This document shows, in pieces, positions 43,137-57,693 of a DNA stretch of 64,000 nt. The notes below the pieces were generated by a model that did no database searches, was not told where the DNA came from, and saw only the letters and a list, made by a program, of their open reading frames with translations. Source of the DNA: an uncultured virus (IMG/VR IMGVR_UViG_3300005405_000007) (taxonomy: Duplodnaviria; Heunggongvirae; Uroviricota; Caudoviricetes). The DNA lies in the IMG/VR virus record IMGVR_UViG_3300005405_000007. One strand, written 5' to 3'. A program made the translations under genes and the position numbers. Numbering within the stretch: position 1 is the first letter of the stretch; the number at the start of each line of letters is the position of its first letter.

Positions 43137-44005
43137 TAGATATAGAAATTGATAAAATTTATAATATGGATAATCTTGAATTGCTGAAGCAAATACCAAA
43201 CAACTATTTAGACTTAATTTATTGTGATGTTTTGTACAATACAGGTAAAAAATTTAAAGACTATGATGATAATTTAGGTACTCCACAAGAAGCAATAGAA
43301 TGGTATAAACCAAGATTAATTGAAATGTATAGAGTGTTAAAAGACACTGGTAGTATTTATCTTCAAATGGATTGCAGATTGTCTCATTACATAAAAATAG
43401 AAATGGATAAATTATTCGGAAACAAAAACTTCAAGTCGGAAATAATTTGGAAAAGAAGAACAAATACAGTTAAAGCAAAAACAAAGAATTTTTCAATTTC
43501 AAATGATAATATATTGTTTTACACAAAAAGCAAAAAATATACTTTTAATATTCAATATAAAGATTATCCTAAAGAATATTATGAAAGATTTAAATATGAG
43601 GATGAACGTGGTAAGTATAGATGGCAAGTTATGGCAACATATTCAGAAGATAGATATAATCAATACAAAAAAGAGAACAGATTAAGATATTCTGAAAATG
43701 CGAAATATCCTGAGTATAAACAATATACTTGGGAATTGAAAGGGATACCAATTGAAAATATATGGGATGATATCAACATGATTAATTCTATGGGGAATGA
43801 GAGGTTGGATTACGATACTCAAAAACCTAAAGAATTATTAGAAAGAATAATAAAATCAAGTAGTAATGAAGGCGATATTGTAGCAGATTTCTTTTGTGGG
43901 AGTGGTACTACATTAGTGGTTGCTAAAGAATTAGGTAGACAATACATAGGTTGCGATATTAATCAAAAAGCAATTGGAATAAGCAAAAGTAGATTAATAA
44001 ATTAA
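43136..44005 (+). CDS. DNA amino-methyltransferase (beta class) with variant motif IV (DVLY)
   Basis: EIDKIYNMDNLELL, LIYCDVLYNTG, YDTQKPKELLERII, ADFFCGSGTT; first ATG at 43166. Confidence 0.88.
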   Translation: MDIEIDKIYNMDNLELLKQIPNNYLDLIYCDVLYNTGKKFKDYDDNLGTPQEAIEWYKPRLIEMYRVLKDTGSIYLQMDCRLSHYIKIEMDKLFGNKNFKSEIIWKRRTNTVKAKTKNFSISNDNILFYTKSKKYTFNIQYKDYPKEYYERFKYEDERGKYRWQVMATYSEDRYNQYKKENRLRYSENAKYPEYKQYTWELKGIPIENIWDDINMINSMGNERLDYDTQKPKELLERIIKSSSNEGDIVADFFCGSGTTLVVAKELGRQYIGCDINQKAIGISKSRLIN

Positions 44006-44033
44006 ATAATTAAAATAGAAAGGACTGGTATAT

Positions 44034-47000
44034 ATGAAAGAAATTAAAGATATTTATGAAAACATTTTAAAAGAAGGTGATATAATTTCAATGCCACACG
44101 TTATGGAAAATGGTTACGAAGGAAAAATAATACATGGATATTATATTACTAAATTGAAGTACGATAAAAACAAAGATTGTTTAATTACAGATGATAATAT
44201 GGGTATTTCTTTTGCATACGGGATAGTAAAAATCAACAGATAAAATTATGGTTTGATGTTAAGTAGAAAGGAAACAAATAAAAGACAGGAAGAGAAAAGT
44301 TTAACCAAACACTCGCAAAAATGAGCAATGAGAATTTAGCAGATTTAATACTTGGAGGAAGTTGCCCTAGTGAATTTGATCTTTTTGATAAAAAAGAAAG
44401 TGGTTGCCCAGTATTCTTTTGCACTAGTTGTTGGGAGAAGGCATTAGAAATGGAGTACGGACAATGAAGAAGATGACCGAAGAACAAAAACTTTATTTTC
44501 TTTATGGTGCTATGTATCAAATGGCAAAAGATATGAAGAATGAAGGATTATTTGAAGATTTAAATATATCACAAATAATTGGTTTGATTATTAACGATTT
44601 ACCAAATAAGTAAACCCTTCGAAAAGAACAACTTATTGGGAAATAATTATAAAGGAGAGAAATTATGAAAGGTGCAAGAGGATATTATAATATTATTTCA
44701 GAGGCAGATAGATTTAAGATAGGTAATTTAAGAAGACTAAACACAGATGACGCATGGGGTCTAGGCAAGGAGTGCTATATTAATGGTAATATTATATATG
44801 CATTAAGCGACCATGCAAGAGGTAAATGTTTTAGAGTATTCTTAGTTGAAAATATACATGGTTTAACTGACAAAGAATTAATTAATTCTAGTAATCGTTT
44901 TGAAGTTTATGGAGTTTTAGGTGGTCAGAATGGATGGACAGAATATTATGGTTGGAAACATGAAGGGAATTGGGTAAAATTAATTACTAATTATTTAAAT
45001 GATCTTAAGTCAAAGATTAACTTATATCATAAAAATATTGAGGAGAATAAGAAATTGAAGGAAGCAGAAATTAAAGAGCAAATTGAATCTACGGTCGATA
45101 GATTTAATAAGTTGTTCGCTTAAAATTGCATTTTTAATTGATTTTAGGAAGGATGAAATAATAATGGGATATATGACAACAATCACAATTTTAAACGATG
45201 CGTGGCACGTTATTGAAAAGAATCAACAACAATTCATTGATAATATTAATGCAGGTATGAATGGAATAGATGAATTCAGGGGTTGTGGGAGATATATTAA
45301 TGATTACAGTATTGGAAATCATTCTAGTCCAGTAATTGTAGCACAATCAAATCATGCAGATGACCCTAGATTATTCTTAACATGTGGTAATATGATGACT
45401 ACTTTTGGATATGTAAATGATATGACTAATATGGAGTTGAGAAAAGAATTGTTAAAGAGAGCAAAAGGAATTATTAAACAAGAAGAAAGAGCAATCAAAG
45501 AAATTGAAGAGAAAATAAAAAGAGGAGAATAAATTGAGTAAAGATGTTTTTAAAGAGTTAAAAGATATTTGTGTAGAATGTGATTACAATATTATCCCAA
45601 TCAAAGATAGACCTTGTAATGAAAATGGGCATTTAGATCGTAATTTAAATACTTATTATATAGACTGTTATTTAAGGAAAAATAATAAGAAAGTAAAATC
45701 AAATCAATGATACATTTCATGAGGAAGGAGATAAAAATGAAATGAATAGGGAATTATTTTATAAATCTGAGGGTGTTAGAGGTTGCGTTAAATGGTTAGA
45801 GAAAGAAATTAAAATAGAAAAGCAAGCTTTTGGTCGTGCTTATGGTAGAGATATTAATACTATGATCAATATAAAAATTAGTTTGGAAAAATACATGAAG
45901 AAATTACTACATCAAGCAGATGAGTAACCAGAATCAAAGAAGCGTTTCAAGTGAGGAGGGTAATGTGTGAATTGTATTTCAGGGTTTGATTTATCTTTAG
46001 CTAAGGAAATAATTTTTAAACAAAATAAAGACAATATAACCTTTAACATTCTTGCAAAATTTGATAAATGCGAATTCTTTTATCCAAGAGTATATATCAA
46101 TAAAATTGAAGCAGATTTTCTTACAGATAGTGATAATTAGGAAGGAGATTAATAATGAACGATCCAAATGATTTTCAATGTGTTTTTGTGAAAAGTGCAA
46201 AGTGTGGTTATGTAATGGTTGTGCATTTGAAAATGAATGTGATGAAAGGCAGGAGTGATAGGCAAAATGAACAAAGAAACGTTAGATGAATTATGGAAAA
46301 TATTATCTTCAGCCACTAATATAAATAAATTACATTATGATGAAGCAGTGGTTATTGGTTCTGTTTTCGGACAAATGAGGAAAGAAATTGAATATCTACA
46401 ATGGAGATTAAATACTACAAAATGAATATTTCATCGTACTAAGAAAGGAGTTTGATTATGACCAGAGGGCAAGGTATAAGAAAGGCAATAATGCTTATAA
46501 ATAAATTAAAAGGTGTTGAAGGGATGTCGAAAGGTACAATATTAGAACTTGATGAAATTATTGAACATCTTGAATTTGTATCTCAATTTTATTTATGATT
46601 AAAATATGAGAGGAGATACCCTTAATGAACATATCAAATTTTAATTCATTGTTACAACACATGGAAACAAAATTCCCTCTTAATGAATGTATAAACAAAA
46701 CTAACGAGGACGCAATTTATGAAGGTAATGATTTTTATATTTGCATGATAATTGACAAAAGATTTAAAGATGAAGTTATTTTAAAGATACTAAAACCTTA
46801 TATATGGGTTGGAAATGAGTCAAAAGATTTTAATGACTATGTTGGTTATGCGTGGATAAGTAAAAACAATAAATATTATGTTGATAATTTTGAAAATCCT
46901 GTACATGGCGAAGATGAAATAGTAATTGGATTTGTTAGATATAAAGACATTTCAGATGATAAATTTTGGGAATGAAATGGATTGTTAGAAAGGAATTAAC

Positions 47001-50000
47001 ATGAACAACAAAGAATTATTTAGGCGTGAATATTTAGGAAAATTATATCAACCATCAGAATGTTATTCAAGTGCATATGAATTATGGGTTGACTATGAAT
47101 ACAATTGTGAGAAATTTAATAGGAACGTCTGTCATGGGGGTTTAGATAGTCAAGGGTTTACTAAACCAGCAAATGCTCATGAGCTAAGAGCAATTAATCA
47201 AAATGCAAATTATCTTAGAGATAAAGTTTGGATGAGGGCAAAGGAATTAGGAATATTTGATTTTAAAGATTTTAATAATGCGAGAAGAGATGTTAATAGA
47301 TTAAATTGGGAGGGTATCCAGAAAGAATATCAAAAATTGTCTAGAAATTAAAATCTAAAATAAATTTGACTTTCTGCCTGTTATTATGCATACTAACCAC
47401 ATAACCCGAAAATAATAATCACTGAACCAACTACAATGTTAATGCAGAAATGAGGTGATTATTATGAATAATATTCCTACTCCTAATGGTTATATTAAAA
47501 CATTTTATGTGTTAGGTAATGAAAAAGGTAATGGATTCATCAATCACAGTAGTAGCAAAATCCTTATCACAGATCCTTTAAGATCAAGACATTTTAAAAA
47601 TTCAAAAGAAGCATTAGATTTTAAAATGAAAAATAAAAATAATTACAAAGACGAATTATTTGTTCATCATGTTAGAGTAATTGTTGAGTTAATTTATAGT
47701 TGATTTTTAGGATTTTAAGGTGTAATATAATAAGTGGAAAATAAAATATATTACACCTTTGTTTTTAAGGAGGATAGTGAAAATAATGATTAGATACGAT
47801 ACGTATTTAATACCAATTAGTATAAATGCATATCACCATAAAGGATATGAAAATGAAGGAACAATAATTGGAGTGCATAATGTAATGCCAAATTTAAGTT
47901 CAGATTTTAGATTATGTTATGTAATTAAATTTCCAGATGGATTTGAAGACCTAGTGCCATTATCAGAGGTTGAGTGTGGGAATTATAAAATTGTTGGAAG
48001 AAATGAGATGCTTTAAATACTACCTTTTGTTGTGTCGAAATATAATAAAATAAAGGAGATTAATAAATGAAAAGATTCAAAACAACAATAACCAGAACTG
48101 ATGAATACATAATTGAGATTGATGAGAATATTATTACTGAAGAATGGATGGAAGATTTCGCAAGATATTTTCATGGATTTGATACTTATGAAGAACATGC
48201 TGAATATTTAGCACAATGTAGAGCAAGATTTGAACAAAGTTTTATTGAAGGATATGGAGAAGTGTTGATCAATGGTAAAAAGTCTTGGAGTGTTGAAGAT
48301 GAAAAAGATGTTAATAAAGGAATAAATATAATTATTAAAAGCGAAGATGAAGATTGTGAAGTTGAAGTGGAGGAAATTAAATAATGGAAAGATATTTTGA
48401 AGTAACAAATCAAGCAAATTTATATAATCAATATATGGAATATAAATATAATCAAGAGCTATTATGTGATATCTCAAAAGAATTTATGGATTCTCAAGGG
48501 ATTGAAACAGAAGAGTATGCAAATCAAGGTAATACATTTTATATTGTACCTACTGAAAATGATTTGGAGGCATTTTGTAAATCATTATGCAAACCATTGG
48601 TAAACGATTTAAGGGCTTTCAAATCTAATTCGAAAATTGGTAAAGCATGGGGGAAATTATTAGAGGGAAAACAATTTAAAATTATAAATAAACCATATGT
48701 TGGTTTTAGTTTTATGAATTGTTTAGGCAAAAATCGTTCAAGAATATTTTCTATAGATGAAAAAGTATATTGCTCTTTTGCAAACGAATATAATTTTGAA
48801 GATACTCCAGAGGGGTTTATTGAATTAAAAACAAGTGAGTTTTGGAAAATTGTTGAGGATTATGAGGGGAGAGATAATAATGAAAGTAATTAAATACAAA
48901 GATCAAAAAGATAGTGTAAGAAGAATCAATGCATACTTCAAACATAAAGAATTAGTTAAAGAAGGCAAAATGATTTCTCTTGATGGTATTAGAAGAGATG
49001 AACCGGAATACCACAAGATATTTAGAAGTGAATTCTATGGTATGGATACATATAGAAGTGATGAAGAAGAAATGGCAGACTTCCTTTCCTATCTCATAGA
49101 TGAAGTCGAGATAGAAGAAGGAGATACAGGATTTAGTATGCCTCTTCCTGATAGTACAAGAGAATATATTATTATCTTTAATGATAAGATTTGGCTCTAT
49201 TTATACTTTTCGGATGAATATTTGGGAATGGGCGAATCTAATCAATTTGTTCATATTGAAAGTGTTATGATTACTGAAGGTACAGACATAGAAGAAGTAA
49301 GAGAAGTAAAGCATTGGTTGATTAAGGGTGGATTTAAGTTATTGAGATAAATCAGATAAAACGAATCTTTCAAGGGATAAAAATTAAAGGAGGAAAATAA
49401 TAAATGAGATATAAAATAGGGGATAAAGTTAAAATTATAAAATTTGATAAAGAAACTTCAGGTTACGATCCAAATAATTTTATAAATCAAATTGGTATAG
49501 TAACAGAAATAGTTGATAGGGAATATCCATATGCAGTTGAATTTGATGATGAGTCACTTTTGTTGTTCGCTGAAGATGAATTAGATTATGAAAAATCATG
49601 TGATTATTGTACGAAAAATAAATCACTATATTTTGACAGTAAATGCAACAATCCTAATTTACGTGAAGTATACATAGAAGATGATGGGGATATGACGGTT
49701 ATGCCTTATTTATGCGATGCTACTGAATCAGTACAAATAAAAATAAATTATTGTCCTATGTGTGGGAAAGAACTACTACGAACTTAACATTTTAACTGCT
49801 TATAAAAGGAGGATGCATAAATGGATTTACAATCTAAGAAAATATTTAAATCTAATCTTGCTATTTTATTAGCAATGGAAACTTTAGAATATGAGAACAA
49901 GAATTATTTGTCTGGAGATGATAAAAGCAGATCAATTTCGAAAGTAAAACTTATCAATCAAATGATAGATGAATTGAATGAAAATGTTAAATAGCATAAA

Positions 50001-53000
50001 GAACTGATTTTAAAGGATGGAAAATAAAATGGAAATATTAACTGTATGGAACAATAATAAAACAGGGTTAAACGAAGAATGTCTTCGCAATGAAAATGGC
50101 AATTACATAGGAATAAAAACAGGTACTATTTATGATTGTCATGTACACTATCACTCTCAACAATATGAAGCAATTATTATTTCTGTAGACGAAACTAATA
50201 TGACTGGAATGTATCATCTTTATAAAGAGTTAAATGATAATAATAATGAAAACAATAAGAAGTGGAAACGAAAATTCATTGGATGCTATGTTACCGTCGA
50301 AAAAACTCATTGGTGCGGAGAAAAACAAATTTATAGGTGTTTAGAGTTGGGAGATTATTGGTCTAGTGACGAAATAAAGTTACTATAAAAAAGAATTTTA
50401 AAGGAGAAAAGTATGGTACTAAAATCATTTGAAGAAATGTGCGACGATGAAACAATTTGTGACTATTGTTATCGAACAGATTATGGAGAGCATAAATCCT
50501 GTGTCACACCTTCTGGATATTCATCTTGTGAAGGAATGTGGTGCGAAGAGTCTTATGAAACGTATTTAGATGACAATAATGCATCTATAAAATTAATAAA
50601 ATATAAAAATAGTGTAAAATTATTAAATAATGAGGAGTTAATATAATGAGTACGGCACTTAAATTTGAATTTGATTTCGAAGAAGTTTTTGAGGGTATTA
50701 AGTTGGGGGGTAATTAAAGAAATGTCAGAAGCAACTTTTGATGACATTACCACTAGTGCAATTAATCAGGTTAAAAACGAAATGAAAAATAAGATATCTC
50801 TTACATATAAAGATGAATATGAAATCAGAGATGAAATTAAAAAGGAAATTAAAGAAAAGGTATATCAAAAATTAATTTCAGAAATTAAAGATGAATATAA
50901 AAAGAAGTATGAAGACACATTTAGTAAAGATGTGACAAAATCACTTGATCTTGCTGAAGAAGAAATTATGGATGAAATTAAATCTGAAACTATTGATAGA
51001 CTGTATAGTAACTTATATTCAGATATTCAAAATCAAGTAAAATCTGAAATCAATAATTCTATGTCTGAGTTAATTAATGCGATTACAGGAAATAGCATTA
51101 AAATTAAAAATACTAAAAATGCAATTTCCAAAGAGGAATATGATGAACTTATACATAGAGATGAAATACTAACTGCATTGGAAAATGGTGGAGTGGATAA
51201 TTGGGAGTGGTATGGTGAATCTTTGAGCAATTATTTTGATAGTAAAAATAAATAAAAGAGGGAGGATTATAAAAATGAGATTAATAAAAGAATCTACAAA
51301 TTGTGATTGTGGGCGTAAAAGACTGTTAAAAATTGAAAATGAGAAAGATGAATTATTCTTTATTGAATTACTTTCTGGTGATTACTATCATGATAAAATT
51401 GAATATCAAATTATAGGTTATCTTAAAGCATTAAAAGATAATAAAATCGAATATGAGATTGAAAATGCAGGAGCATTTTGTCCAGAGTGTGAATATTAAA
51501 AGAAATAAAAAATAATTTCAAGGAGGATGTATGAAAATTACATCAATTAAAAACAAAAATACTAATATTGATGTCTGCTCTCATTATCTACATAAAGAGT
51601 TGGATATGAGTAAAACCGTAATAATTGTTAACAATCCATTATTGGTAGTTTATGAAAAAGGTTCATTTTTTAACCACGAAAAAGTTATTAATGTAGAGCA
51701 TTTAGAGAATGGTAGTGTTAAAGTGGAGACTCAAAATAAAATATGGGTAATCCAATGATAGAGGAGTATGATGGGATGTACGCTCAATATATAGGAATTT
51801 ATGATGAACCTTATGTTCAATTACACGTAGTTAGAATTGAAGCAAAGAGTCAGAAAGATGCGGAAGACAAGTTTTTAGAACACATTGGAAAAGTAAACAG
51901 TGGAAATGATATCTATGTTGGTTTGATATCTGAGTTAGATATTATAGGATTTCCTGACCCCAATAATTTAAGAGGTAAGAGAAGTTCAGCATATCCTATT
52001 GATGATTTTTGTAATGAACCTGAACTATATAAAATGTTAGAAAAATATATAAAGACAAAATAATCATCTTCCATATACTCCACTATGCTTCCAAATGCTC
52101 TTGTTTTCAAATACTAATATCCCATGAAATCCAAATTTTAAAGGAGATTTTTTCAAAGATGCGTAATTGGTTAGGATTTTTATTACTTGATATTGATGAT
52201 TGGTTTGCAAAAAGAAATATATATTTTGATTTCTTAATAAAAGACAAAGAAACCCATGTGAATTTTTTATGTAGATGGGGAATTAAATTAATAAAATAAA
52301 GTAAACTTTTAAAGGGAAGGATAAATTATGCGAAAACCAAAAGAAAATGAACAAATTTGTACTTATCATCAATATATAGAAGATAAAGCACTTGAAATTT
52401 TAAAAATTAAGAACAATTCATATGATGAAATAGAAGATCTTCTTTATGAAGTACAAGATATAGCAGATGATATTCGTGATGTGGTACTTTTAGCATTAAA
52501 AGAAGGTCAAAATATGGAAAATAGATTAAAAGAATACAGAGACGCAATTGAAGGATTGGGGTTTATGAGGAAGTAATATAATAAATAAGGAGGAAAATAT
52601 GAATAAATTTAAGAACTGGTTGCGATTTAAATTAAGAGATTTTCTGGGAGTAGGAGACATTGAATCAAATTTTAAAGACCACGAAACATTTAATAGCATA
52701 CGATTTTCAGATATTGAAAGTGATATACATGACAAAACTACATATCTAAGAAAACTAATAAATGAAAATGCAAAATATATTTCACATTTTCAAAATTCAG
52801 TAAATGTTTTACATAATACTGTGGAAAATGTTGTGCATATTGGAACAGATGTATGTAAACCAGATCAAGGACATAGTTGGGCGGTAGTGTGTATTGAAGG
52901 AAAAATGAATATTGTTAAATTCGTTGATTTAAATAGACAGGATGCAAGAGGTATACTGGAATACTTAAAACATTTTGAAGCCGGAAGACATTGTATTGAT

Positions 53001-56000
53001 ACGCCATATAAAGAAATGTTCATGGAAGGATTGTTTAAGTTCTAGGCATAATGAATATAAAATAATTATTTGACTTAATAGCATGAATAATATATAATAA
53101 ATGTATATATAAATAGCACGAAAGGTTTCATTTATAGGGTTAGGGAAGGAGGTGAGTAAATCATAAAACTATATACACAAAAAGTTACTCATTGTTTAAA
53201 TTGCCCTAATATCTTTTCAATGAACACAAAAACTAAAACTGGCAAAACCATCAGTGAATACAGATGTAAAGTTGCTGGAGAAAAGAATTGGAAATTCATA
53301 CATATGCAAACAGATAAAGATTATTTTTCTGAATGGTGTCCACTAGAAGATGATGAAGAATCGGATTGTAATTGCAATACTAGAATAATGGATGAATAAG
53401 ATCAGTTAATAAGTTGATTCTATTGGAATAAAAAGGAGTAAAATAAATGTTTAATAAATTTACCAAACACGAATTAAATCAATGGTTACATATAGCTATG
53501 GTTGCTAGTGCAATATATTTTTCTTATGTTGGTAAACCAGTAAGCGCAGTAATACTTTTATTAACAGCAATTTGGGCTGAAGTAGATGAAATAAATAATA
53601 AATAAAATTAATAGAAAGAAGAAAAATAAAAATGATTAAAAGTACAGGATTAACATTACACCTTTACACGACTAAAGAGGAATTAGACAATGCCAAAAAT
53701 GGAGTAAGTACAATTGTAGGATGGACTAAAGAACAAAAACAAACTGGAGCAGTCTATCATATCAGTGTATCTTTAGATGTTTGTGATGTTTTAGAGAAAG
53801 AAGTAAGGATTAATGTTTCTAAAGTTCAAGAACAATTGGCATCTGCTGGTGCAATGATGGGTGAGACAATGGGTAAAGAATCAGAGAAGGTATTTAAACA
53901 GTTTGCTTAGTAAAATGGATCTTAGATTTATAGGAGGGATAAGATTAATATGAGTATGTTTGATGGTGATTGTTCAATGTGTTCTTTACCATCTGATAGT
54001 GACTGGTGTTTAACTTGTAAAAAAGAATTCGGTATGAACAAAGATAAAAATTGGATAGAAACAGATTTAAGTACAGCATTACATAAATTTACATTAGGAT
54101 ATAAAATTGAATGTAGAGTTAATTATTCAATTTGGCAATTTGATTTTTCCAAGAACAACGCAACAGTAATATTAAACCAAAGAATGATAGAGCGTGGTAA
54201 ATGGTTTATGTGTACTGAGAATTAACCAAATAAAAATTCTGTTTGAAAGGATCTGGGTGAAAAAATATGAAAAGTTTTCGTTTTCTTATTGAAGTAAATA
54301 GTATTGGCAAAGGATATGTTTCGGCAGAGAATATTAAGGAAGCAAAAGAAAAGATTAATAAAGGTGATTGGGCAGATATTTAAAGCAGAAATTGATGAGG
54401 AGGGCCATGCTGAGATAATTATAAACGGAGGTGAATTTTCAATATTTAATGGTGAATATGAGATTGTGGAGGAGGGAAATAATTAATGGCATTTTGGAAT
54501 ATAAAACCTAAAAATAATGAAGAAGATATTCAAATTCTAACTCTAAATGATCATGTATATGATTGCTATACTAATAAAGTAAAGGGTAATAAACTTCTTA
54601 CATATGAAATGGTTCAAAAGAAATTAACCAGAAATTATCATTTAGCTAAGAAAGTAAAATTAGGTTCACAAGAATTATGTCTATATGGATGCTTAACGTT
54701 TTTAGTAAGTGAGGGTTGTGTGCTTTGGATTAAGAATTATCCTGGAACAGATACATCTTGGTTCGAGAAAGATATGAAAAAGTATAACATGTTAAATGAG
54801 GAATTAGGTATTAGATATGAAAGGGAATACAAAATTGGATAGAAAGGATGTTTGACATTATGAATAAATTTGAATATAAATTAACTTTTGAATCTGATTC
54901 TGAGAATATTATTGAAATTTTAGGGAAAATCACCGAAATAATCAGAGAAGAATTATTAGGCAAAATGATTAACCCCGCACCATTGATTACTATTTTGGAA
55001 GGAGATAATAATTAAAATGAAATTAATCAAAATAGAAAATTTAGAAAAACAATTTACTATTTTAATTTCAGAAAGTGATTTAGGAACAATATTATTGGCT
55101 TTAGGGAAGTGTTCAGATATGGATATTAGAGAGCATAGAGATGAACGTTATTTTGGAATAAAATATAATCCAGATGCACTTAAAGTATTTCAAGAAGTGA
55201 AAAGTATATTAAAAGTTTAAAACAATTCATTTCTGGGGAGGGTAGTATGAATAAACAGGAAGATATTAAAGTTAGATTATGTATGTTGAAAGTATTAGAT
55301 GGTCAGCATCTAGGAAATTTATGTAGTGAAGAAAAATGTAAACGTTGGAATAAAGAAACAAAAGATTGTAATTTAAATACAAACAAATGACTCTTCTATA
55401 GGGTTGGGAAAGAGGAATAAAGTGGAAATTAAAGATTTTGAAGAAATGCATAGCAAGTTTAAAAAATTAGAAGGATTAAATTCTCAAATTAAGCAAGCAG
55501 AAAAATTTATTCAGTCTCTAGAGGGAGATTTTGAAGTTAAAGAAGTTAGTTTCGTATTAAAACAAGAAAAGAAAGGTATAACCTCTAAAGATATACTGAG
55601 AGTTCTTAATATTAGTAACAAAGAATTCTGTGATTTGTTTATTAATCCAAGTCTAATGGATTTAGCTAAACAGAAATTAGAACATTTACAACAACAATTT
55701 AAAGCAATTGAATTAGGATGAAATTAAGAATTTATGGGAAAGAAGGAAGAATATAAAAATGAGTAAAATAAATGATTTTGTAGCTATTAGAATGGCTGAA
55801 TTAGTCGATAATCAAGAGTGTTCTCCTGTTGGCGAGTATGTTGAAACGGTTGCAGAAGAAGTAAGAACCAAATTTAATATTCAGTGCGATACATGTCATT
55901 GCGGAGGATTTGATAGCCCTGGTTATGAAATTAATTGTTATGCAATGGCATGGATAAATGAAGATGGGAAACTAGAAATGCAAGATTTTCAAGAAGAATC

Positions 56001-56403
56001 TTATTAATTTCAAAGCAAATGTAGTTTTTAATCGGTTATAGAAAGGAGGGAAAATAATGTTAGGAATGATTAGTACAATTGTTATTACTGCATTAGGATT
56101 TTACTTATATCCACAAATACCCATACATGCTCAATATTGGTACGCTGTTGCAATAGGAGGAGCATCAGTGTTTACTCAAATATATCTTGATAGAAAATAG
56201 CATAAATGTTTGATTTTAATTGCTTTAATGGAAGGAGTGAAAAAATGCAAGATATAAAACTCTTAAAAACTTGTGAATATTGTGGAGTACATCTTACTTT
56301 AATGGAAAGCGTTAGATTAGATGATTCTCATCAATTATGTTTGGTTATCAGGTGTTTGAATTGTGGCGGTCATCAAGTAGAAGAGATTGCTGAGATTAAG
56401 TAG
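44034..56403 (+). other. Array of about 40 short hypothetical accessory ORFs (e.g. 44665-45123, 45164-45532, 46625-46975, 47001-47351, 48067-48384, 48384-48893, 48880-49350, 49404-49787, 50017-50388, 50722-51255, 52599-53045, 54486-54842, 55759-56007)
   Basis: Co-oriented, RBS-led ORFs; many junctions carry the palindromic element. Confidence 0.65.
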
Positions 56404-56436
56404 TAATAAGAAAATAATTAAAGAGGAGAAGTGTTA

Positions 56437-57327
56437 ATGGGAGAAATTAAAAAATATACTGATGTTGTTCGACTAGGGCATAGATCAACAGTGGGTGTTT
56501 TAAATGAAGGAGACTATATAGAGGTAACTGAAAAACTAGATGGAGCAAATTCAAGCTTTAAATTAAATGAAGAAAATAAGGTGGATGGATTTTCAAGAAA
56601 CACTCCAGTAGATGAGGTTAATACTTTGCGAGGATATTATGGATGGGTTCAAGGAATTAAACCTGAATTGTTGAATCCAAGGTATAGGTATTTCGGAGAA
56701 TGGTTGGTATCACATAAGATTCAATATAAACAAGAGTGCTATCAAAAATTCTATTTATTTAGTGTTTATGATGATGAATTACAAGAATACTTATCAGATG
56801 ACATTATGGAAAATGAAGCAAATAGATTAGGTCTTAATACAGTACCAATCTTATATAAAGGTCAATACATATCGTTCGAACATTTGATGAGTTTTGTTGG
56901 TAAGTCAGATATGGCAGTAAATTTTGGTGAGGGAATTGTAGTTAAGAATGTGAAATACAGAGACAAATATGGACATCAATGTTTTGTAAAATTAGTCCAT
57001 GAAGAATTCGCAGAAACACAAAAACAGAAACCACCTAAAGATCCTAATCGACCTGCTACGCCTGAACAAGAATTTGCTAATATGTGTGTTACAAAAGCTA
57101 GAGTAGATAAGATGTTATATAAATTAGTTGATGAGGGTATTCTTGAATCTGATTTTGGGATTGAAGATATGAGATTAATTCTTAGTAATTTAGGTACTAG
57201 AATTTATGAAGATATTCTCAAAGAAGAAAGTGATTCTTTACCTGAAGGATATGAGATTCAAGCACTTAGGAAAGCAATTGGTAGTAAAATACCTCAGATT
57301 GTAAAAGATATTATAGGTAATAAATAA
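56437..57327 (+). CDS. ATP-dependent RNA ligase (Rnl2-like family)
   Basis: VTEKLDGANSS, FSRN, FGEW, FYLFSVYD, GEGIVVK, FVKLV. Confidence 0.85.
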   Translation: MGEIKKYTDVVRLGHRSTVGVLNEGDYIEVTEKLDGANSSFKLNEENKVDGFSRNTPVDEVNTLRGYYGWVQGIKPELLNPRYRYFGEWLVSHKIQYKQECYQKFYLFSVYDDELQEYLSDDIMENEANRLGLNTVPILYKGQYISFEHLMSFVGKSDMAVNFGEGIVVKNVKYRDKYGHQCFVKLVHEEFAETQKQKPPKDPNRPATPEQEFANMCVTKARVDKMLYKLVDEGILESDFGIEDMRLILSNLGTRIYEDILKEESDSLPEGYEIQALRKAIGSKIPQIVKDIIGNK

Positions 57328-57381
57328 CCCATTAAATCATTCAATCTATAGTAAATTACTAATATAAAGGAGAGAAAATAA

Positions 57382-57693
57382 ATGTTAAACCTAACTCAAA
57401 TTGCAGTAATAGATCAAGAATTATTAGATGAATTAATTAATGATGGCGAATGTACATCAATTAAAGATGTAAATTTTGAAGATGTTCAATTTGGAGATTA
57501 TGCACAAACCGCTTTAGTTGATGAAGATAGAAAATGGATTATATATTGGAATGACAATATTCATGGTAATCCTGATGATTTTCTTGATGGTTTTACAAAT
57601 GCTTTGGAACATTTAGATATTGAATATTCATTAGAAACAGAAGTAAGAATGGATACTGATATGAAGGGGTACAAAGGAGTAACATATAATTAA
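57382..57693 (+). CDS. Acidic hypothetical protein
   Basis: AAGGAG RBS. Confidence 0.55.
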   Translation: MLNLTQIAVIDQELLDELINDGECTSIKDVNFEDVQFGDYAQTALVDEDRKWIIYWNDNIHGNPDDFLDGFTNALEHLDIEYSLETEVRMDTDMKGYKGVTYN

